DNA of 64,000 bases from an uncultured delta proteobacterium (GTDB taxonomy: Bacteria > Desulfobacterota > Binatia > Binatales > Binataceae). The notes below the pieces were generated by a model. The model had not been told where the DNA came from and did no database searches. It worked only from the letters and a program-made list of their open reading frames with translations. Location of the stretch: assembly GCA_963842085.1 (NCBI GenBank), contig CAWJET010000001.1, positions 1,952,001-2,016,000 on the forward strand, written 5' to 3'. Both the position numbers and the translations under genes were made by a program. Every line of letters starts with the position of its first letter. Positions within the stretch are counted from its first letter, which is position 1. Positions 60,118 through 64,000 of the stretch are shown piece by piece.

Positions 60118-60399
60118 TGCTCGCAGCCAGCTTCACTCGGGGTTTGTATTCAGACCGATGGGGTCTGTTGCAGGTCGGGTGTCTTTCGTTCCGGCTTGAT
60201 CTCTTTCGGGTGGATTGATGTCTCGAACGACCCCGAACACGCAATCGAACCATACCACGCGCCTTTGAGCAAGCGGCAGGGTTCGCCGGTACTGGCGTCA
60301 TTCGGCCAAAAGACGCCACTGGGGCTGAAATGACGCCATCCATGTCGGACTCGCGAACGCTTCAATTTCGATGCTATTACTCCGACAATCGGAGAAGCG

Positions 60400-60684
60400 A
60401 TGCCGCCAGATCAACCAGAGAAACCGCCGCCGCCGTTTCCACCAAAAAAACTGGATTTGGAGCGGGCCGAACAGAAATTTGCGGAATTTTGGAAGGGTCC
60501 TGTTGTTTGTCCGATCTGCAAAACTTGGGAATGGCACTTCGGTCAGGACATTATTCATCTTTTGAATATCAACGTCCTGAGCGAAGCGACGCCCGGTGTA
60601 TATCCTTGTGTCGTTGTGATCTGCAACACCTGCGGATACACGATGCTCTTCAATGCCAAAAAGCTAGGCCTGGACAATGGCTGA
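60400..60684 (+). CDS. Small Zn-ribbon protein
   Basis: CPIC...CNTCGY; GGAG RBS; low GC. Confidence 0.6.
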   Translation: MPPDQPEKPPPPFPPKKLDLERAEQKFAEFWKGPVVCPICKTWEWHFGQDIIHLLNINVLSEATPGVYPCVVVICNTCGYTMLFNAKKLGLDNG

Positions 60685-61021
60685 TAATCTTCCAAGCCGT
60701 CCTGGTTCGTCGGGCTCAAGAGATATTGATGAACGATATGAACGAATAGACACGCACTATTTTACCCATATGTCACAAACTCAAGCCGATGCGATGATCC
60801 AAGTCTCAAAAAATGAGCATGTCATTCCAGCCCGCCACGAAACATATCGAGCGTATGGACCAATTATTCTGGTAGGAATTTTACTGATCTTTTTGATTCC
60901 CCAATTTCTAGCGGCGAATCCCGACGCGAAAACTCTCGCATATCTCATCGCGGGAGTGATTGGAATAGTGGCCGCTGGTCCGACCGCCAAAGCCGTGATT
61001 GAAGCCCTCAGACGCTCTTAG
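60677..61021 (+). CDS. Small protein with two C-terminal transmembrane helices
   Basis: Hydrophobic 'PIILVGILLIFLIP' and 'LAYLIAGVIGIVAAG'; overlaps the upstream ORF by 8 bp. Confidence 0.55.
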   Translation: MADNLPSRPGSSGSRDIDERYERIDTHYFTHMSQTQADAMIQVSKNEHVIPARHETYRAYGPIILVGILLIFLIPQFLAANPDAKTLAYLIAGVIGIVAAGPTAKAVIEALRRS

Positions 61022-61182
61022 ATTCGCGGCATATTTGTTCCCTTCCGGCCGCGTCCGACGATCAGTCTAAACCGCCGCGTTCCCGGTCGCAGCGTCGTTT
61101 CTGGCTTGCGCGGGATCGGCGGCACGTCTGACGGCTCGTTCGCCGCATTGGTCAATTCTCCGACCGACCAAATGTGGTCCGT

Positions 61183-61651
61183 TACGGGGGCGCGACATTA
61201 ACGATCCCCACAGAGAAACTGCGGCCGTGCGAAAGCGTTTTTGTCGGTCCCGCTTTACCTCAAGATTTTCAATACGTACAAAGGCGGTCCGCTCCCGAAA
61301 GATGATGATCTTGAAGCGGTGATCGAATCTTTTGGCGTCGCATCGAAGCAGACAAAGCGCGCGCGGCAGACTTTTCAACGATCCGCCGAACAAGCGAAAG
61401 TATTTAATGAGAAAAAAGATCGACTTGTTCTGCCTGCTGGTGTATCTCTCGACTTGACAACTCCCAATGGAGGAAAGGGTCGAAAGATGGAACAAACAAT
61501 TACTCAGACTTCGACAGGCGAAATAAATCCGCTGCTCGCATCACTCCTCGAAGAATTGCCAGCGAGTGGAGAATGGTCACGCGAGGAACACGATCTCTGG
61601 GCGCGAGTGTTTTGGCGGACTGTGGAGAAGCTAGTTAAAATCAAAGAATGA
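61183..61651 (+). pseudogene. Degraded hypothetical gene; C-terminal part intact from 61241
   Basis: 'AKAFLSVPLY..YKGGPLP...ARQTFQRSAEQA' continues upstream only through a frame change at about 61225 ('GRDINDPHRETAA'); no proper start. Confidence 0.45.
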
Positions 61652-62007
61652 AGCCCCGTCACGCTGCCGCGTTCGCGCTTGTGGGCTGGTATCTGATGAT
61701 GCCGCCGATGCCACACGAAGAGGACTGGCAACCTGGCGGCCCGCCAGCTACAGCGTCACTCAGCGAATGGTTTATCTGGAAGTCGTTTGATACGGCTGAC
61801 GCATGCGAAAAAGCCAAGGATGCGCTTTTCTGGAGGGCGTCGGAAAGCAACTCAAATGACTATCATCGATGGCTGGCCGGTCGTGCGTCGTCAGACGACC
61901 TGCTTGACGAATGGGCGAGTACTTATAGCGGCGTCGCGGCCTTGAACGCTGCACTTAGGCAATCGCGTTGTATTGCTACCGACGATCCGCGGCTCAGATC
62001 AAAATAA
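61648..62007 (+). CDS. Small exported hypothetical protein
   Basis: 'MKPRHAAAFALVGWYLMMPP...FDTADAC...CIATDDPRL'; ATGA overlap with the upstream ORF. Confidence 0.65.
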   Translation: MKPRHAAAFALVGWYLMMPPMPHEEDWQPGGPPATASLSEWFIWKSFDTADACEKAKDALFWRASESNSNDYHRWLAGRASSDDLLDEWASTYSGVAALNAALRQSRCIATDDPRLRSK

Positions 62008-62101
62008 GACACTCGCGGATTCAAATTCAGACACTCAGGGTCGAATTAAGACAGTACCGTTCGCCCCGCACCAGGAATAAGCAGAAGCTGCGGCGCTTGA
62101 A

Positions 62102-62692
62102 TCAATTCGAGGTTGGGGGTGCGGGGCTGGCCTGCGCGGGAGGGGCGGCGTCGGCGACGCCGAGGTCGTTGAGAATTTCGATCGCGTGGGTGGACGGATC
62201 GACGCTCGGATAGACCTTCAGGATCTTGCCGTTCTCGTCGATGACGTAGGTGATTCGGCGATCGAGGCCGAGGATCGGAATGCCGTTGGCGGCGCCGTAG
62301 GCCTTTGCAATCTTCTTGTCGGGATCGAGCAGGAGCGGGAACGGCAAGCCGTTCTTGCGGATGAAATCCTTGTGCGCCTCGGCCGAGTCGATGCTGCATC
62401 CGAGCACCACCAGGCCGGCGTTGGTATAGCGCGCGTAGCCGTCGCGGAACGCGCATGCCTCTTTGGTGCATCCCGGGGTTTCATCCTTGGGATAGAAATA
62501 GAGGACGACTTTTTTGCCGTGGAAATCGGCGAGCGAAACCGGGGCTTGGGTGTCGCCGGTAACCATCTGGGTGGTGAACGGCGGCGCAATTTCGCCTTCC
62601 TTGAGCAGGGTGGTGCGCGCGACGCGCGGGCGTATCGCGATTGCGAGGATGATTACGGCGATTGCGATTAGGCCTGCGGTGAACATTTTCAT
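62102..62692 (-). CDS. bcp: Peroxiredoxin Bcp/PrxQ with an N-terminal membrane anchor
   Basis: 'LYFYPKDETPGCTKEAC' and 'RITYVID'; start MKMFTAG. Confidence 0.9.
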   Translation of the reverse strand: MKMFTAGLIAIAVIILAIAIRPRVARTTLLKEGEIAPPFTTQMVTGDTQAPVSLADFHGKKVVLYFYPKDETPGCTKEACAFRDGYARYTNAGLVVLGCSIDSAEAHKDFIRKNGLPFPLLLDPDKKIAKAYGAANGIPILGLDRRITYVIDENGKILKVYPSVDPSTHAIEILNDLGVADAAPPAQASPAPPTSN

Positions 62693-62762
62693 GCGAGTCT
62701 CCCTGGTCGCGGGCTTAACTGCGAGTGGGGTTGGAAAGTTCCCGATCCATTTGCAGGAGTCG

Positions 62763-62806
62763 GCAGAACCCTCACCCAACCTCTCCCGTGAAATAACGGG
62801 CGAGGG
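62763..62806. repeat. Family C repeat
   Basis: GCAGAACCCTCACCCAACCTCTCCCGT..ACGGGCGAGGG. Confidence 0.7.
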
Positions 62807-62835
62807 ACCAGATAGCAACCGGCGAGGGATCAAAT

Positions 62836-63762
62836 TCAGATGTAGTAGAGCCAGTCGCGGTAGCGCGGCTCGCGGCCGTGCAGGGCTGCCTGGAAGACCT
62901 GCTGCACCTTGGCCGTGATCGGGCCGGGCTTGCCGGGGCCGATCTTGCGGTCGTCGAGCTCGACCACCGGAGTTACTTCGGCGGCGGTGCCGGTCATGAA
63001 GGCTTCGTCGGCGATGTAGAACGCGTCACGCGCGAAATATTCCTCGCGTACCTCGACCGCGTTGTCGCGCAGAATCCTGATGACGGCGTTGCGCGTGATT
63101 CCCGCCAGCACCGACGTGAGCGGCGGCGTGCGCACGATACCGTCGCGAATCACGAACACGTTCTCGCCGCTGCCCTCGGCCACAAAGCCCTCGGTGTTGA
63201 GCAGGAGCGCTTCGTCGTAGCCGTTGCGGCGCGCCTCGTAGCCGGCGAGGATCGAGTTGACGTAGTGGCCGGTGGCTTTCGCCGCCGGCATCATCGAGTT
63301 GTGATGGAATCGCACGAACGACGAGGTCTTGAGCCGCACGCCCTTGGCGACGCTGTCCTGGCCGAGATAAGCGCCCCACGGCCATGCAGCGATCGAGACG
63401 CGAATCTTGTTGCCGCGCGCCGAGAGTCCCATCTCACCTTCGCCGAAGAAGACCAGCGGCCGGATGTAGCATTCGGCGAACTTGTTGATGCGCACAACGT
63501 CGGCGCATGCCTTGAGCAACTCCTCCTGGCTGTAGGGCACTTCCATCTCGACGATATGGCCGGAGTCGATGAGGCGGCGGATGTGCTCGCGGGCGCGGAA
63601 GATTGCGGAGCGGCCGTCGTCGCTCTTGTAGCATCGCATCCCTTCGAAGACCGCCAGGCCGTAGTGCAGGCTGTGGGTCAGGACGTGAACGGTGGCCTCG
63701 TCAAAGGGGACCATCGCACCGTCCATCCAGATACGGTCGGAGCGCAGATTATTCGCCGGCAT
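62836..63762 (-). CDS. ilvE: Branched-chain amino acid aminotransferase
   Basis: 'HSLHYGLAVFEG', 'YIRP', 'AKATGHY', 'EGSGEN', 'LAGITR', 'GTAAEVTPV'. Confidence 0.96.
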   Translation of the reverse strand: MPANNLRSDRIWMDGAMVPFDEATVHVLTHSLHYGLAVFEGMRCYKSDDGRSAIFRAREHIRRLIDSGHIVEMEVPYSQEELLKACADVVRINKFAECYIRPLVFFGEGEMGLSARGNKIRVSIAAWPWGAYLGQDSVAKGVRLKTSSFVRFHHNSMMPAAKATGHYVNSILAGYEARRNGYDEALLLNTEGFVAEGSGENVFVIRDGIVRTPPLTSVLAGITRNAVIRILRDNAVEVREEYFARDAFYIADEAFMTGTAAEVTPVVELDDRKIGPGKPGPITAKVQQVFQAALHGREPRYRDWLYYI

Positions 63763-63826
63763 AGTGGAGTCAAAAGTAGTCGATGGTGCGGAGTTAGTCG
63801 ATGGGGCGCGTCGGGGCGGCGCGATG

Positions 63827-64000
63827 TCAGTCGCGGCGCGTGGGATCCGGTGATGGAGGTGGCGCGCCGGCGCCGTTCGTTTCGCCGGACGGCGCACTCC
63901 GCTCAACGCTTCCGCCGTGGCGCGGGCGGCGGCGACGCCGCCGGCGTCTGCGGCGATTGCCTGCGGGTGCCGGGGTTGCGGGCGCGGCGGCCGGACTCGG
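63827..64000 (-). CDS. C-terminal end of a gene running off the window (Arg/Pro-rich tail)
   Basis: Open frame '...PAGNRRRRRRRRRPRHGG...PTRRD*' with TGA at 63827-63829. Confidence 0.5.
   Translation of the reverse strand, partial: PSPAAAPATPAPAGNRRRRRRRRRRPRHGGSVERSAPSGETNGAGAPPPSPDPTRRD

Overview
This is a GC-rich bacterial chromosome segment from the parAB/rpmH neighbourhood. The gene style (two DUF1329 paralogues, an 'MKPRHAAA..LVGWYLMMPP' small protein, lipid-catabolism genes) suggests Candidatus Binatia/Binatota, which is an inference. Core genes include a carboxyl transferase, fumC, ferredoxin, riboflavin synthase, mnmG-rsmG-parA-parB with five parS sites, guaB, ddl, thyX, pyrD, pcp, jag-yidC-yidD-rnpA-rpmH and ilvE. 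mnmE and dnaA are absent from their usual positions. The main accessory features are: (1) a complete 3,464-bp IS1595-family element (23-bp perfect TIRs, 8-bp TSD GTAATTAG) carrying a frameshifted amino-methyltransferase/Mrr-like nuclease fusion, an unknown protein behind an array of GATAGA boxes, and a small ORF; (2) a RelE/HigA-type toxin-antitoxin pair and a DUF1329 gene, each followed by a re-copied piece of the 3' end of the upstream phosphotransferase gene; (3) a probable promoter/leaderless-uORF/terminator leader in front of guaB; (4) at least three families of REP-like palindromes that show covariation, nest inside one another, supply the stop codons of mnmG, parA and parB, and travel with parS; (5) a low-GC islet upstream of rpmH bounded by short tandem motifs. 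I recognised no rRNA, tRNA or CRISPR array. All calls come from reading motifs by eye; no searches were run.
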